A DNA stretch of 64,000 nt from Armatimonadota bacterium (GTDB taxonomy: Bacteria; Armatimonadota; Fimbriimonadia; Fimbriimonadales; GBS-DC), in assembly GCA_037442365.1 (NCBI GenBank), contig JBBIQK010000007.1, forward strand, positions 1,284 to 65,283, read 5' to 3'. The number at the start of each line of letters is the position of its first letter. Position 1 is the stretch's first letter. The notes beneath the pieces were generated by a model that saw only the letters and a list, made by a program, of their open reading frames with translations, searched no databases and had not been told where the DNA came from. The position numbers and the translations under genes are program-made. This document shows positions 54,860 through 64,000 of this stretch, in pieces.

Positions 54860-55873
54860 ATGTGGCGATTTTCCGCACAACGACCGCTGGAGGTGCGCCC
54901 TGTGGTACGCACCGCGCCGCTGCCCGACGACGCCGACGACCCCGCCATCTGGGTGCATCCCCGCAACCCGCGCCTGAGCCTGATTCTGGGCACGAACAAG
55001 GCGCGCGCGCCCCGCGGCGCTATCGGCGTGTACGACCTCGGCGGGCGCATGCGACAACGAATCGACGGCATCGACCAGCCCAACAATGTCGATGTCGCGT
55101 ATGGCTTCGCGCTGGGGCGCGAGCGTATCGATATCGCCGTGGCGACCGAGCGGTACGCCAGCCGCCTGCGCGTGTTTCGCATAGACCCTGCCCGACGACG
55201 GCTGATCGACATAACCGACCCCGAAGGCGCGCGCGTGTTCGCAGGCGAATCGGACGAACGCGCGATGCCGATGGGGATTGCGCTCTATCAGGCGGGTCAG
55301 GGCGAGGTGCATGCGATAGTCTCGCGCAAGTCGGGTCCCAAACAGGGCTACCTGCACCAGTATCGGCTGGTTCCGACACGCGGCGGGCGCGTCGGCGTGC
55401 AACTGCTGCGGGCGTTCGGCGCGTTCAGCGGCGAAGGCGAAATCGAAGCCATCTGCGTGGACAGCGAACTGGGCTATGTCTACTACGCGGACGAGAATGT
55501 CGGCATCCGCAAGTACCATGCCGACCCGCGCAAGCCCGAACGCGAAATCGTGATGTTCGCGACGGAGTATGAGGGCGATCAGGAGGGCATCGCGCTATAC
55601 GCCCCCCCGAACGGCGCGGGCTACCTGCTCTGCACCGAGCAGGTAGAAGGGAACAGCAAGCTGCATATCTACCCGCGCTTTGGGGTGCAGCGCGCGCCCA
55701 TCCTCACAGTGGAGATAGGCGCAGACGAAACCGACGGGCTGGACGCCAGCGCACACAACTTCGGCGCGCCCTTCGAGCGGGGGCTGGTCGTCGCCATGAA
55801 CAGCGAAGGGCGCAACTTCTGGCTCTATCGCTGGGCGGATATTGAGCAGGCGATTCGGGCGCACGCGCGGTAA
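54860..55873 (+). CDS. beta-propeller phytase (BPP) domain protein
   Basis: DADDPAIWVHP, NNVDV, EGIALY and ETDGLD motifs, as in 3-phytase/BPP proteins. Confidence 0.6.
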   Translation: MWRFSAQRPLEVRPVVRTAPLPDDADDPAIWVHPRNPRLSLILGTNKARAPRGAIGVYDLGGRMRQRIDGIDQPNNVDVAYGFALGRERIDIAVATERYASRLRVFRIDPARRRLIDITDPEGARVFAGESDERAMPMGIALYQAGQGEVHAIVSRKSGPKQGYLHQYRLVPTRGGRVGVQLLRAFGAFSGEGEIEAICVDSELGYVYYADENVGIRKYHADPRKPEREIVMFATEYEGDQEGIALYAPPNGAGYLLCTEQVEGNSKLHIYPRFGVQRAPILTVEIGADETDGLDASAHNFGAPFERGLVVAMNSEGRNFWLYRWADIEQAIRAHAR

Positions 55874-55893
55874 GGCGTCGCGCGCACGGCGGG

Positions 55894-55899
55894 TACAAT
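55894..55899 (+). promoter_or_regulatory. -10 box (GGTACAAT), 6 nt upstream of GTG 55906
   Basis: Sequence cgGGTACAATcgtagcGTG. Confidence 0.4.
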
Positions 55900-55905
55900 C
55901 GTAGC

Positions 55906-56193
55906 GTGCGCGAGATTGAGCAGAGCCTCGCCATGACCTATCGGCGACTGACCTACGCCAGCGCGGGATTGATGGCGCTGGGGTGGGCGTGGCATCTGGC
56001 GCGCGGCGACCAGACGAACTGGCTCATCACGCTGGGGCTGGGGCTGCTGCTGCTGACGCCGCTGCTGGCGCTGGCGCACCTGGCGTGGCTGGCGAAGCCG
56101 CTCGACTCGCTGACGGCGCGCTACAGCGGGATTGCCCTGCTCCTGCTGACGCTGGCGGTGCTGATTGGGCTACTTCTGGAGCGAACGCGATGA
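55906..56193 (+). CDS. small membrane protein (3 predicted TM helices)
   Basis: Hydrophobic 95-aa ORF. ATGA overlap with the following gene. Confidence 0.45.
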   Translation: MREIEQSLAMTYRRLTYASAGLMALGWAWHLARGDQTNWLITLGLGLLLLTPLLALAHLAWLAKPLDSLTARYSGIALLLLTLAVLIGLLLERTR

Positions 56194-57632
56194 GCCTGCC
56201 CGAAACGCTACGGACAGAACTGGCGCGCCTCGTGGGCGCAGACGCCGTGCTGACCGACCCCATCCAGCTGCTGGCGTATGACTGCGACGCCTACACAATC
56301 GAGAAATCGCTGCCGACGGCGGTCGTGCTGCCCCAGACGACGGAGCAGGTCGCGGCGGTCGTGCGGCTGGCGAACACGCATGGACTGCCGATTGTGCCGC
56401 GAGGGGCAGGCACGGGACTATCGGGCGGCGCGCTGGCGGCGCAGGGCGGGATCGTGCTGGCGTTCAGCCGCATGACGCAGATTCTGTGGGTGGACACGCG
56501 CAACCGTCGCCTGCGCGCGCAGGCGGGCGCGGTCAACTACCAGCTCAGCAAAGCCGTACAGCACGCGGGACTGCATTTCGCGCCCGACCCTTCCTCGCAA
56601 GGCGCATGCACGATTGGGGGCAACATCGCCGAGAACTCCGGCGGACCGCACACGCTGAAATACGGCGTCACGGTGAACCATATCACGGGGTTGCAGGTGG
56701 TGTTGCCCGACGGCGCGATTGCGGAGCTGGGCGGCGTGGAAGACGAGCCGTTCGGCTACGACCTCGTGGGACCGCTGACGGGCAGCGAGGGCACGCTGGC
56801 GATTGTCACGGAAGTGATTGCCCGCCTGACGCCCAACCCGCAGGCGACGCGCACCCTGCTGGCGGTGTTCGAAACGCTGGAAGACGCCAGCCAGACCGTG
56901 TCGGACATCATCGCCGCGGGGATTGTGCCCGCCGCGCTGGAGCTGATGGACGCGCTGACTCTGCAGGCGGTCGAGGCGGCGTTCGGCTACGGCTTCCCGC
57001 TGGACGCGGAGGCGGTGCTGCTGATTGAACTCGACGGGCTGGAGGTGGAGCTGGACGGCGAGCAGGCGCAGGCGCTGGAAATCTGTGAGCGCAACCGCGC
57101 CCGTGAGGTGCGCCGCGCGACCACCGTGCAGGAACGCGCGAAACTCTGGGCGGCGCGCAAAAAAGCCATCGGCGCGCTGGGCAGACTCGCGCCCTCCTGC
57201 GTGACTCAGGACGGCGTCATCCCCCGCTCGAAACTCCCGCAGGTGCTGCGCGAGGCGGGGCGCATCGCCCATAAGCACGGCTTGCAACTGGCGAATGTGT
57301 TCCACGCGGGCGACGGCAACCTGCATCCCGTGCTGCTGTTCGACGACTCCGACCCGGAGCAGGTCGCCCGTGTGGTGGAGGCAGGCGACGAAATCCTGGC
57401 GCTGTGCCTGCGCGAGGGCGGCAGCCTCTCGGGCGAACACGGAATCGGCGCGGAGAAGTGCGCCTCGATGCGCCAGATGTTCACCGCGCACGACCTGGCG
57501 ATAATGAAGCGCGTCAAGTCGGTCTTTAACCCGAACGACACGCTGAACCCTGAGAAGATGTTCCCCGACACGCGCTACTGCTACGAGAGCAAGCGTCGCC
57601 TTACGGGGGCGCGGCGCGGGGCGGCGATTTGA
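56190..57632 (+). CDS. FAD-linked oxidase (GlcD / D-lactate dehydrogenase family)
   Basis: PIVPRGAGTGLSGGA FAD-binding motif and C-terminal GEHGIG. Confidence 0.82.
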   Translation: MSLPETLRTELARLVGADAVLTDPIQLLAYDCDAYTIEKSLPTAVVLPQTTEQVAAVVRLANTHGLPIVPRGAGTGLSGGALAAQGGIVLAFSRMTQILWVDTRNRRLRAQAGAVNYQLSKAVQHAGLHFAPDPSSQGACTIGGNIAENSGGPHTLKYGVTVNHITGLQVVLPDGAIAELGGVEDEPFGYDLVGPLTGSEGTLAIVTEVIARLTPNPQATRTLLAVFETLEDASQTVSDIIAAGIVPAALELMDALTLQAVEAAFGYGFPLDAEAVLLIELDGLEVELDGEQAQALEICERNRAREVRRATTVQERAKLWAARKKAIGALGRLAPSCVTQDGVIPRSKLPQVLREAGRIAHKHGLQLANVFHAGDGNLHPVLLFDDSDPEQVARVVEAGDEILALCLREGGSLSGEHGIGAEKCASMRQMFTAHDLAIMKRVKSVFNPNDTLNPEKMFPDTRYCYESKRRLTGARRGAAI

Positions 57633-57638
57633 ACGCGC

Positions 57639-58241
57639 CTACTCCTCCAGCACGCGGTAGATGTCCTGCAGGAGCTGCTGCACGGCGTTTTTGTCCATGC
57701 CCGAATAGTAGCCGCGAATGCGCCCCTGACGGTCAATCAGCACCAGGCGGTCGCTATGCACAATATCGTGCGTCGCGTCGCCCGACTCCACGCCCAGTTT
57801 GAACACCTCGCGCGAGAGTTTGTGAAGCGTCTCACGGTCGCCTGTCAGGAAGTGCCACTTGCCGCGCTGCGCCCCGTGCTGGTCCGCCCATTTCTTAAGC
57901 TGCGCGACGGTGTCGGTTTCGGGGTCTACGGTGAAACCTGCCATCAGCACCTCCGGGTTGCGGGCGAACTCGCGCTGCACAGCGGTGGCGTTGCGGTTCA
58001 TCGTCGGGCAGACGCTGCGGCAGGTCGTGAAGAAGAAGTAGGCGATCCACACCTTATTCTTGAAGGTCTCGCGCGTGATGGTCTCGCCCCACTGATTTTT
58101 GAACGCGAAGGGCATCTCGACCGCGCCCAGCACGGGCAGGGGCGGCTCTTTCGTGGCGGCGTTGCGGGCGTAGAGCGCGAACACGAACGCGGCAATCGCC
58201 AGCGCCAGCAAGCCCCACGCGAACAGCATCATCCCGCGCAT
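57639..58241 (-). CDS. SCO1/SenC copper chaperone
   Basis: TM anchor, FFFTTCRSVCP (CxxxC) and a distal His (HDIVHSD). Confidence 0.8.
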   Translation of the reverse strand: MRGMMLFAWGLLALAIAAFVFALYARNAATKEPPLPVLGAVEMPFAFKNQWGETITRETFKNKVWIAYFFFTTCRSVCPTMNRNATAVQREFARNPEVLMAGFTVDPETDTVAQLKKWADQHGAQRGKWHFLTGDRETLHKLSREVFKLGVESGDATHDIVHSDRLVLIDRQGRIRGYYSGMDKNAVQQLLQDIYRVLEE

Positions 58242-58251
58242 ACGCTTCGCC

Positions 58252-58890
58252 TCACTTGATGAGCATCACGCCGAACAGGACTGCCCACAGCACGCCCAGA
58301 AAGTGCCAGTAAATCGCGCCCAGCTCCACCGACGGCGCGTTCACACGGCGCGCGACCTGCGCCTGATAGAGCAGAATCCCCACGAACACGAGACCGCCCA
58401 GCAGGTGCAGTCCGTGTATCGCGCTGATGACATAGAACATCGCCGTGAAGAAGTGCGCAGGCGCGCCCTGCAACTGGCGGGCAATCTCGCCCCAGCTGCC
58501 CAGCTGCAACGCCAGGAACAGCACACCGAGCATCAGCGTGAACAGCATGCCGCGCCAGACGCCGCGCAGGTTGTCGGCGCGCGCGGCGTTCAACGCCATC
58601 TGGCAGGGAATGCTGCTCAGCAGGATCAGCGCAGTGCTGAACCAGGCGAGTTTGGGCATCTGGAAGGCGAACTCGGCGCGAACGGGCGTGCGCAGCAGAT
58701 ACAGCACCGCCAGCGCGCCGAACATGGTCGTGAGCGCGCCCAGAAAGATGTAAAGCCCCAGTCGCGCCGCCTGAAAGCGATCGAACGGTTGCTCGTGCCC
58801 TTCGCCGTCGCCGCCGCGATAGCGCGGGGGCACATTGCCCTCACCGACCCCGCGCCCATACGGACGCGGAGGCGTCTTCAGTTTCGTCAT
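58252..58890 (-). CDS. ctaE: cytochrome c oxidase subunit III-like protein
   Basis: Five hydrophobic helices, HGLHLLGG motif, located between the heme O synthase and SCO1 genes. Confidence 0.7.
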   Translation of the reverse strand: MTKLKTPPRPYGRGVGEGNVPPRYRGGDGEGHEQPFDRFQAARLGLYIFLGALTTMFGALAVLYLLRTPVRAEFAFQMPKLAWFSTALILLSSIPCQMALNAARADNLRGVWRGMLFTLMLGVLFLALQLGSWGEIARQLQGAPAHFFTAMFYVISAIHGLHLLGGLVFVGILLYQAQVARRVNAPSVELGAIYWHFLGVLWAVLFGVMLIK

Positions 58891-58899
58891 AGCGTCCTC

Positions 58900-59805
58900 C
58901 TACAGGGTGAGAATCATCCAGATTAACAGAAGCGGCAGGTACAGCACGGAACTGCGCAGCACGCTCCGCGCCCCCTGCGCAGGGTCCTGCGCGCGCACAA
59001 AGTGCAGCGCCGCGCGCAGCGTCCAGTAGCCCAGCGTGAGCGCGCCCAGCAGATAGAGCCAGCCATGCGTAATCAGCGGCGCGAACATCAGGCTGATGGC
59101 GACCATCGCCAGCGTATACCAGAGCGAGAGGCGCGCCGTCGCCGCCGCGCTGGCGTCGGGATAGGGCAACATGCGGAACCCTGCCCGCGCGTAGTCGTCA
59201 CGATAGAGCCACGCGATAGCCCAGAAGTGCGGGAACTGCCACACAAACTGCAACGCGAACAGCAGCCACGCCTCCAGCGAGAAGCCGCCCTGCGCCGCGA
59301 CCCAGCCCGCCATCGGCGGAATGGCGCCCGGGATTGCCCCAATCGCCGTGCTGAAGTGCGTGCGCGGCTTAAGCGGCGTGTAGGCAAACGCATACAGCAG
59401 AATCGAGAGCGCCCCCAGCCATGCGACCGCCGCATTCACCCAGAGCGCGAGCGTCAGCACACCCAGCACACCCCACAACACACCCACTACCCAGCCCTCC
59501 ATCGGCGCGAGCAAGCCCGACGGAATCGGGCGCAGCGCGGTGCGGGGCATCTGCGCGTCGCGTCGCCACTCTATCGCCTGATTGAGCGCGTTCGCCGAAG
59601 CAATCACCAGCCACGAGCCAACCAGCGTTGCTGCAATCAACCCGCCCTGCAGCGTCTGACCCCAGCCCCCCAGCGCCAGTCCCGCAACCGTCGTGAGCCA
59701 GACCAGCAGCGTCACGCGCGGTTTGCTCAATAGCCAGTACGCACGCAGCTTCACCATAGAAGACCCCGAAAGAGGCGCGCTCGCCGAACGCAGGGCGGTT
59801 TTCAT
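58900..59805 (-). CDS. ctaB: protoheme IX farnesyltransferase (heme O synthase)
   Basis: UbiA-family motifs (NALNQAIEWRRDAQMPRT..RPIPSG). ATG 59805 is preferred over the TTG at 59814. Confidence 0.85.
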   Translation of the reverse strand: MKTALRSASAPLSGSSMVKLRAYWLLSKPRVTLLVWLTTVAGLALGGWGQTLQGGLIAATLVGSWLVIASANALNQAIEWRRDAQMPRTALRPIPSGLLAPMEGWVVGVLWGVLGVLTLALWVNAAVAWLGALSILLYAFAYTPLKPRTHFSTAIGAIPGAIPPMAGWVAAQGGFSLEAWLLFALQFVWQFPHFWAIAWLYRDDYARAGFRMLPYPDASAAATARLSLWYTLAMVAISLMFAPLITHGWLYLLGALTLGYWTLRAALHFVRAQDPAQGARSVLRSSVLYLPLLLIWMILTL

Positions 59806-59813
59806 GCCAGCCA

Positions 59814-59819
59814 ATTGTA
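59814..59819 (-). promoter_or_regulatory. -10 box (GGTACAAT), 8 nt upstream of ATG 59805
   Basis: Reverse complement reads agGGTACAATtggctggcATG. Confidence 0.45.
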
Positions 59820-60051
59820 CCCTACCCGCGCCCTCGAACGCAAGAGTCTGTGCTTTTTTTCACAAGCGAATCGTTGAAGGCGGGGGCGTTCATGAAAACG
59901 CTCCGAGCGAATACACTGTGTCTGATTAATCGGCGCGGCTGGCTTCCTAAACACAGGTCAGCATGGTTGTGAGTGCCTGCACTCCTCCGTAAGTTTCCCC
60001 CGTTTGCGGAGGGAAACTTACAGAGAGAAACATTTCACCGAAACGGTTGGC

Positions 60052-61323
60052 TTACTTCGGCACAATCACAGGTACGGTACAGAGCGAGAAGTTGCCCGTC
60101 TCGGCGCGGTAGGTGACCTCTGCAAACAGCGCGAGGTTGTCCCCACGGCGCAGAATGCGTGCGACCCACGCATCGCCCTCTCGTCGGGCGCGTACAGGCT
60201 CCCACCGCGCGGGGCGGAAGTCTTTGTCGTTCGCGCGGCGGGCGACCCACACTTCCACAATCTCAGGCTCACTGTCGCTACGCACACGGAAGATTACTTC
60301 GTCGCCCGCGAGGCTGTGCGTCGCGCTCAGGCGAGTCGGGAACTCCATCTTGCCGATGCTCATCAGGTAGAACGCGCATAGACTGTTCACCACACGGTCA
60401 TAGTCGCCCAGCCCGTGCCCGCCGTTGGGCACATAGAGCGCGTACTTGCGCTTGCTCGGCAGGTCGTCGAAGTAGAACCGCGCGGCGTCTGTCGCCCAGT
60501 AGGGGTCGTTCGCGCCGTTGATCATCAGAATCGGCATCGTGTAGCGCGCGCGATAGGAGTAGGGGTCTACCCAGCTCACCAGTTGCCTGCCGCGCTCGGT
60601 GAGCATCTTCTCCATCAGCCCGCGCTCGTAATATTCCGCAATCTGCTGGCTGTAGCGTCCCCAGAGTTCGAGCTGGTGCGGCATCTGCTTGAAAAAGTTC
60701 AGGTTGTCGAACACCATCGGGGCAATCGCGCGCACGCGGTTATCGACGGCGGCAGTCAGCCATGTTGTCCAGCCGCGCTTCGACGCGCCCGTGACCAGAA
60801 AGTCCTTGATGTCCAGCTGCCACTCCTGCTTGGCGAACGCCTGCACGGCGTCCATCGCGCGCACGGCGGATTTGACCATCGGGAACAGCAGCGGCCAGGT
60901 CGCGTCGCCCGTCTCCCAGAACTGCACATAGGTATGCGCAATCAGGTTGTCTTCCACGAGGTCGGGGCGGATCAGGGGCTGATTGGGCACATCGTGCAGC
61001 ACGACGCCAATCGCGCCGATGCGTTCCACCGCGCGGGCGATAATCTGCAGCTCGCTGCGCCCGTCGCCGCTGCCCGTAATGTAGAGAATTGCGGTGTCTG
61101 TGTGTTTCAGCGTGTTCGGCTTGACGATGCGCACGCGATGACGCCATGTGAACTCGCGCCACTGCTGCGAGACCATCGTCAGCTCCACAAACTGGCTATC
61201 GCCGATTTTCGATTCGAGGCTCTTTGTCCACTCGAACGGCGACGGCGCGCGCACATAGCTTGCCAGGTCTGCCCGTGCGCTTGCCAGCAAAACCACGCTC
61301 AGAAGTATCCAGTTAATTTTCAT
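60052..61323 (-). CDS. PhoPQ-activated pathogenicity-related (PqaA-type) alpha/beta hydrolase-like secreted protein
   Basis: Signal peptide MKINWILLSVVLLASARA. ILYITGSGDG and VTGASKRGWTTWLTAAVDNRVRAIAPMVFD. Confidence 0.55.
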   Translation of the reverse strand: MKINWILLSVVLLASARADLASYVRAPSPFEWTKSLESKIGDSQFVELTMVSQQWREFTWRHRVRIVKPNTLKHTDTAILYITGSGDGRSELQIIARAVERIGAIGVVLHDVPNQPLIRPDLVEDNLIAHTYVQFWETGDATWPLLFPMVKSAVRAMDAVQAFAKQEWQLDIKDFLVTGASKRGWTTWLTAAVDNRVRAIAPMVFDNLNFFKQMPHQLELWGRYSQQIAEYYERGLMEKMLTERGRQLVSWVDPYSYRARYTMPILMINGANDPYWATDAARFYFDDLPSKRKYALYVPNGGHGLGDYDRVVNSLCAFYLMSIGKMEFPTRLSATHSLAGDEVIFRVRSDSEPEIVEVWVARRANDKDFRPARWEPVRARREGDAWVARILRRGDNLALFAEVTYRAETGNFSLCTVPVIVPK

Positions 61324-61331
61324 GTTCGTCC

Positions 61332-61811
61332 TCACTGCCTGATTTTCTCGACGAGTCGGGTGGTCGATTGTTCCGCTTCCAGCGGCAAGATGACCACGAA
61401 TCCGCCCTGCTCGATGACCGCTTCCGATTCGGGCAGGTCTTGCTCGGTGTAGTCGCCGCCTTTAGCGTAGTAGGCGGGCTGCACGAGTTGCGCCAGCTCG
61501 ACCGCCGTCGTCTGCGGGAAGATGACCACATAGTCGACGCACTCCAGCCCGGCGACGAGTTCGGCGCGTTCGGCGTCGGGGCGGTAGGGGCGTGGCTCGC
61601 CTTTGAGCTGGCGCACCGACTCGTCGCTGTTGACGCCCACCACCAGCAGGTCGCCCAGCGCGCGCGCCGCCTGCAGGTAGCGCAAATGCCCCACATGCAG
61701 CAGGTCGAAGCAGCCGTTGGTCAGCACGACCTGTTTGCCTGCCTCGCGCCACTGCGGGGCGAGCTGCGCCAGCGCGTCCCACGACAGAATCTTGCTCTCA
61801 GCGCGTCGCAT
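61332..61811 (-). CDS. D-glycero-beta-D-manno-heptose-1-phosphate adenylyltransferase-like cytidylyltransferase (RfaE domain II type)
   Basis: VLTNGCFDLLHVGHLRYLQAARALGDLLVVGVNSD. Confidence 0.82.
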   Translation of the reverse strand: MRRAESKILSWDALAQLAPQWREAGKQVVLTNGCFDLLHVGHLRYLQAARALGDLLVVGVNSDESVRQLKGEPRPYRPDAERAELVAGLECVDYVVIFPQTTAVELAQLVQPAYYAKGGDYTEQDLPESEAVIEQGGFVVILPLEAEQSTTRLVEKIRQ

Positions 61812-62751
61812 CGTCTTTCTCGGCGGCGGCAGTGCGCGGCGGGATCAGTTCAATCTCAAACAGCTTGTCCCAGTTTTTGCCCGTCACGAAGATGCGCTTG
61901 TTCTGGCGGTCGTAGGCGATGCCGTTCATCACCGCCTCGATATCGCGGTCTTTGACGGGCAGCCCCTCCATGTCCACCCACGCCTTCACGATGCCCGTGC
62001 TGGGGTCGATTCGGGCGATGATGTCGCTGTACCAGATGTTCGCCCAGATTTCGCCCTCGATGTATTCCAGCTCGTTGAGGTTTTTGACGGGCTTGCCCTG
62101 CGCACGAACGGTAATCGTGCGCACTTCGGCGAAAGTGTCGGGGTCGCGGAAGGTGATGGTCTCGGAGCCGTCGCTCATAATCAGGTGCTTGCCGTCGTTG
62201 GTCAATCCCCAGCCCTCGCCGGAGTAGCGGAACTGGGTGAGTTGTCGGAACGCGCGCCGGTCGTACACGAAGCAGACGCCGTTTTGCCAGGTGAGCTGGT
62301 AGATTTTATCGCCCAGAATCGTGATGCCCTCGCCGAAGTATTCGCTGGGCAGACGGTGGATTTGCGCGACGCGCCCCGTGCGCAGCTCCACCCGCCGCAA
62401 CGACGACTTACCGTTCAGCCCCGTGCCTTCGTACAGGTAGCCGTCGTGGAACTCCAGCCCCTGCGTGAACGCTTCGGGGTCGTGCGGGAAGGTGTTCACG
62501 ATTTTGTAGCGATAGGTGGGGATTTCGGGTTCGGGCGTCGGCTCGGCGGCGGGCGGCGGCGCGGTCGGCGGGGGACTTGCCGCCGCGTTGGGCGTGCTCG
62601 CGTTGTTGGGCTGACAGGCGGCAAGGGCGAGGAGTAGCAAACAGGTCAGCAGGGCGTGTACGAAGAGAAGAGTTTTGCCCTCATCCCCCCGTACACGGGG
62701 GGTAGTTGAAAATGTACCGCAAAGACACCTGACCGCCCAGCGTGTGCGCAT
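61798..62751 (-). CDS. glutaminyl-peptide cyclotransferase (beta-propeller type), probable lipoprotein
   Basis: FPHDPEAFTQGLEF..LYEGTG..GEGITILGDKIYQLTW..GWGLTNDG..LNELEYIEGEIWANIW. LLLLALAAC lipobox. Start supported by a GGTATGAT box 9 nt upstream. Confidence 0.8.
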   Translation of the reverse strand: MRTRWAVRCLCGTFSTTPRVRGDEGKTLLFVHALLTCLLLLALAACQPNNASTPNAAASPPPTAPPPAAEPTPEPEIPTYRYKIVNTFPHDPEAFTQGLEFHDGYLYEGTGLNGKSSLRRVELRTGRVAQIHRLPSEYFGEGITILGDKIYQLTWQNGVCFVYDRRAFRQLTQFRYSGEGWGLTNDGKHLIMSDGSETITFRDPDTFAEVRTITVRAQGKPVKNLNELEYIEGEIWANIWYSDIIARIDPSTGIVKAWVDMEGLPVKDRDIEAVMNGIAYDRQNKRIFVTGKNWDKLFEIELIPPRTAAAEKDDATR

Positions 62752-62760
62752 AACGCCTGA

Positions 62761-62766
62761 ATCATA
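62761..62766 (-). promoter_or_regulatory. -10 box (GGTATGAT), 9 nt upstream of ATG 62751
   Basis: Reverse complement reads gaGGTATGATtcaggcgttATG. Confidence 0.4.
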
Positions 62767-62867
62767 CCTCACGAGGCGACTGCTTGCAGGAACTTCCTGC
62801 GGCGGGGCGAATGAATGCGAGTACGCCCGCGCGCGGGCGCATCGAGACACGGAGGTACAGCAGAGTA

Positions 62868-64000
62868 ATGGCTAATCAAGGCAACGGCGGACGCGAGCAT
62901 TGGGGTACACGGATTGGACTCGTGCTGGCGATGGCGGGCAACGCCATCGGGCTGGGCAACTTTTTGCGGTTCCCCGGTCAGGCGGCGGCGAACGGGGGCG
63001 GAGCGTTCCTCATCCCTTACTTCATCTGCCTGCTGCTGATGGCAATCCCGCTGATGTGGCTGGAGTGGGCGCAGGGACGCTACGGCGGCGTGCGTGGGCA
63101 CGGCACCACCCCCGCGATGTTTCAGCTGATGTGGCGACACCCCATCGCCAAGTATCTCGGCGTGCTGGGGCTGTTCATCCCAACGCTCATCCTGTTCTAC
63201 TACTCCTATCTGGGGTCATGGACGCTGGGCTACAGCCTCAAGACGCTGCTGGGACAGATGCCGCAGGTGGAGCAGAGCCAGTTGCATGAAGGCATGACCG
63301 CCGATGAAATCTCCCAGACCGTGCTGGCGCCCTACGCGCAGTTTCTGGGGCAGTATTCGGGCGACACGGAGGAGGGCGTCTTCCTCAAGCCCGACCCGTT
63401 CACGCTGGGCGTGTTCGCGGTGGTCTACTTCATGACGCTTTGGCTGATGGTGCGCGGGGTGTCGGGCGGGATTGAGCTGCTGGCGAAAATCGCGATGCCC
63501 CTGCTGTTCTTGCTGGCGATTGTGCTGATGATTCGCGTCTTCACGCTGGGCAATCCCGTCTCGCAGGAGTATGGCGTGATGGACGGGATTGCGTTCCTGT
63601 GGGAGCCGAAGTGGTGGATTGAGCGCGACGGCAAAGAGGTGTTCGTGCTGCTAGACCCCAAGACATGGCTGGCGGCAGCGGGGCAGGTCTTCTTCTCGTT
63701 GAGCCTGGGCATGGGCGCGATCCAGTGCTATGCGTCGTACCTGCGGCGCAAGGACGATGTGACGCTCACGGGGCTGTCGACGACGGCGTCCAACAGCTTC
63801 GCGGAGGTGGTGCTGGGCGCGTCGATTGCGCTGCCTGCGGCGTCGGCGTTCTTCGGCGTGGCGGCGGCGCAGGTCATCGCCTCTCAAGGCAGCTTCTATC
63901 TGGGCTTTGTCTCGATGCCTGCCGTGTTCAGCTTCCTGCCTGCGGGCAACCTGCTGGGCTTTTTGTGGTTCCTGCTGCTGTTTTTCGCGGCGATGACCTC
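62868..64000 (+). CDS. sodium-dependent transporter of the SNF/NSS family; 3' end beyond the window
   Basis: My own translation from ATG 62868 is open to the window end (this ORF is not in the supplied track). WGTRIGLVLAMAGNAIGLGNFLRFP and AAGQVFFSLSLGMGAI are NSS hallmarks. Confidence 0.85.
   Translation, partial: MANQGNGGREHWGTRIGLVLAMAGNAIGLGNFLRFPGQAAANGGGAFLIPYFICLLLMAIPLMWLEWAQGRYGGVRGHGTTPAMFQLMWRHPIAKYLGVLGLFIPTLILFYYSYLGSWTLGYSLKTLLGQMPQVEQSQLHEGMTADEISQTVLAPYAQFLGQYSGDTEEGVFLKPDPFTLGVFAVVYFMTLWLMVRGVSGGIELLAKIAMPLLFLLAIVLMIRVFTLGNPVSQEYGVMDGIAFLWEPKWWIERDGKEVFVLLDPKTWLAAAGQVFFSLSLGMGAIQCYASYLRRKDDVTLTGLSTTASNSFAEVVLGASIALPAASAFFGVAAAQVIASQGSFYLGFVSMPAVFSFLPAGNLLGFLWFLLLFFAAMT

Noticed and set aside
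59971-59986. GAGTGC-ct-GCACTCC, considered as a possible empty or excised site of the 52-nt element.
   Set aside because: It is only a 6-7-bp palindrome matching the outer stem. That is too short to distinguish from chance without genome-wide statistics.
62685-62867. A cluster of GC-rich palindromes (CCCCCCGT/ACGGGGGG, GCAGGAA/TTCCTGC, GCCCGCG/CGCGGGC) upstream of the SNF transporter gene, considered as a possible riboswitch.
   Set aside because: There is no resemblance to any riboswitch consensus I can recall. Part of the region is the 5' coding end and promoter of the divergent cyclotransferase gene.

Overview
High-GC (about two thirds G+C by hand counts), densely coding bacterial chromosome segment. 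Most genes are housekeeping: argB, topA, an LptD-like outer-membrane protein, tilS, efp, mfd, initiator tRNA-Met, sthA, sucC, rnc, mtnP, deoB, serS and a ctaB-ctaE-SCO1 cluster. Three prepilin-type H-X9-DG proteins plus an LptD-like barrel suggest a diderm of the Armatimonadota/PVC type; this is inference only. No CRISPR array, rRNA, prophage or autonomous IS element was seen. Items that stand out:
1. A solitary 1208-aa STAND-type P-loop NTPase with a glycine-zipper N-terminus. An in-frame block of about 1.1 kb of low-GC DNA lies inside its C-terminal repeat region, making it an NLR-like conflict or defence candidate.
2. Recurring cassettes of a dockerin-like secreted protein, an H-X9-DG pilin-like protein and a small Pro/Gly-tailed membrane protein.
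3. A family of small repeats. It includes a 52-nt double-hairpin element (three intergenic copies plus an in-frame relic inside tilS) and two MITE-like elements with TAA target duplications, each inserted exactly at a stop codon.
4. An HtrA-like protein with all three catalytic residues replaced, sitting behind an ECF sigma/anti-sigma pair.
5. A UvrA N-terminal quarter fused by an ATGA overlap to deoB.
6. Two beta-class DNA methyltransferases without partners, one next to an HNH-like remnant.
7. A very regular GGTAYAMT -10 box placed 6-9 nt before many start codons, implying leaderless mRNAs.
All functional calls come from motif reading by eye; no database search was run.
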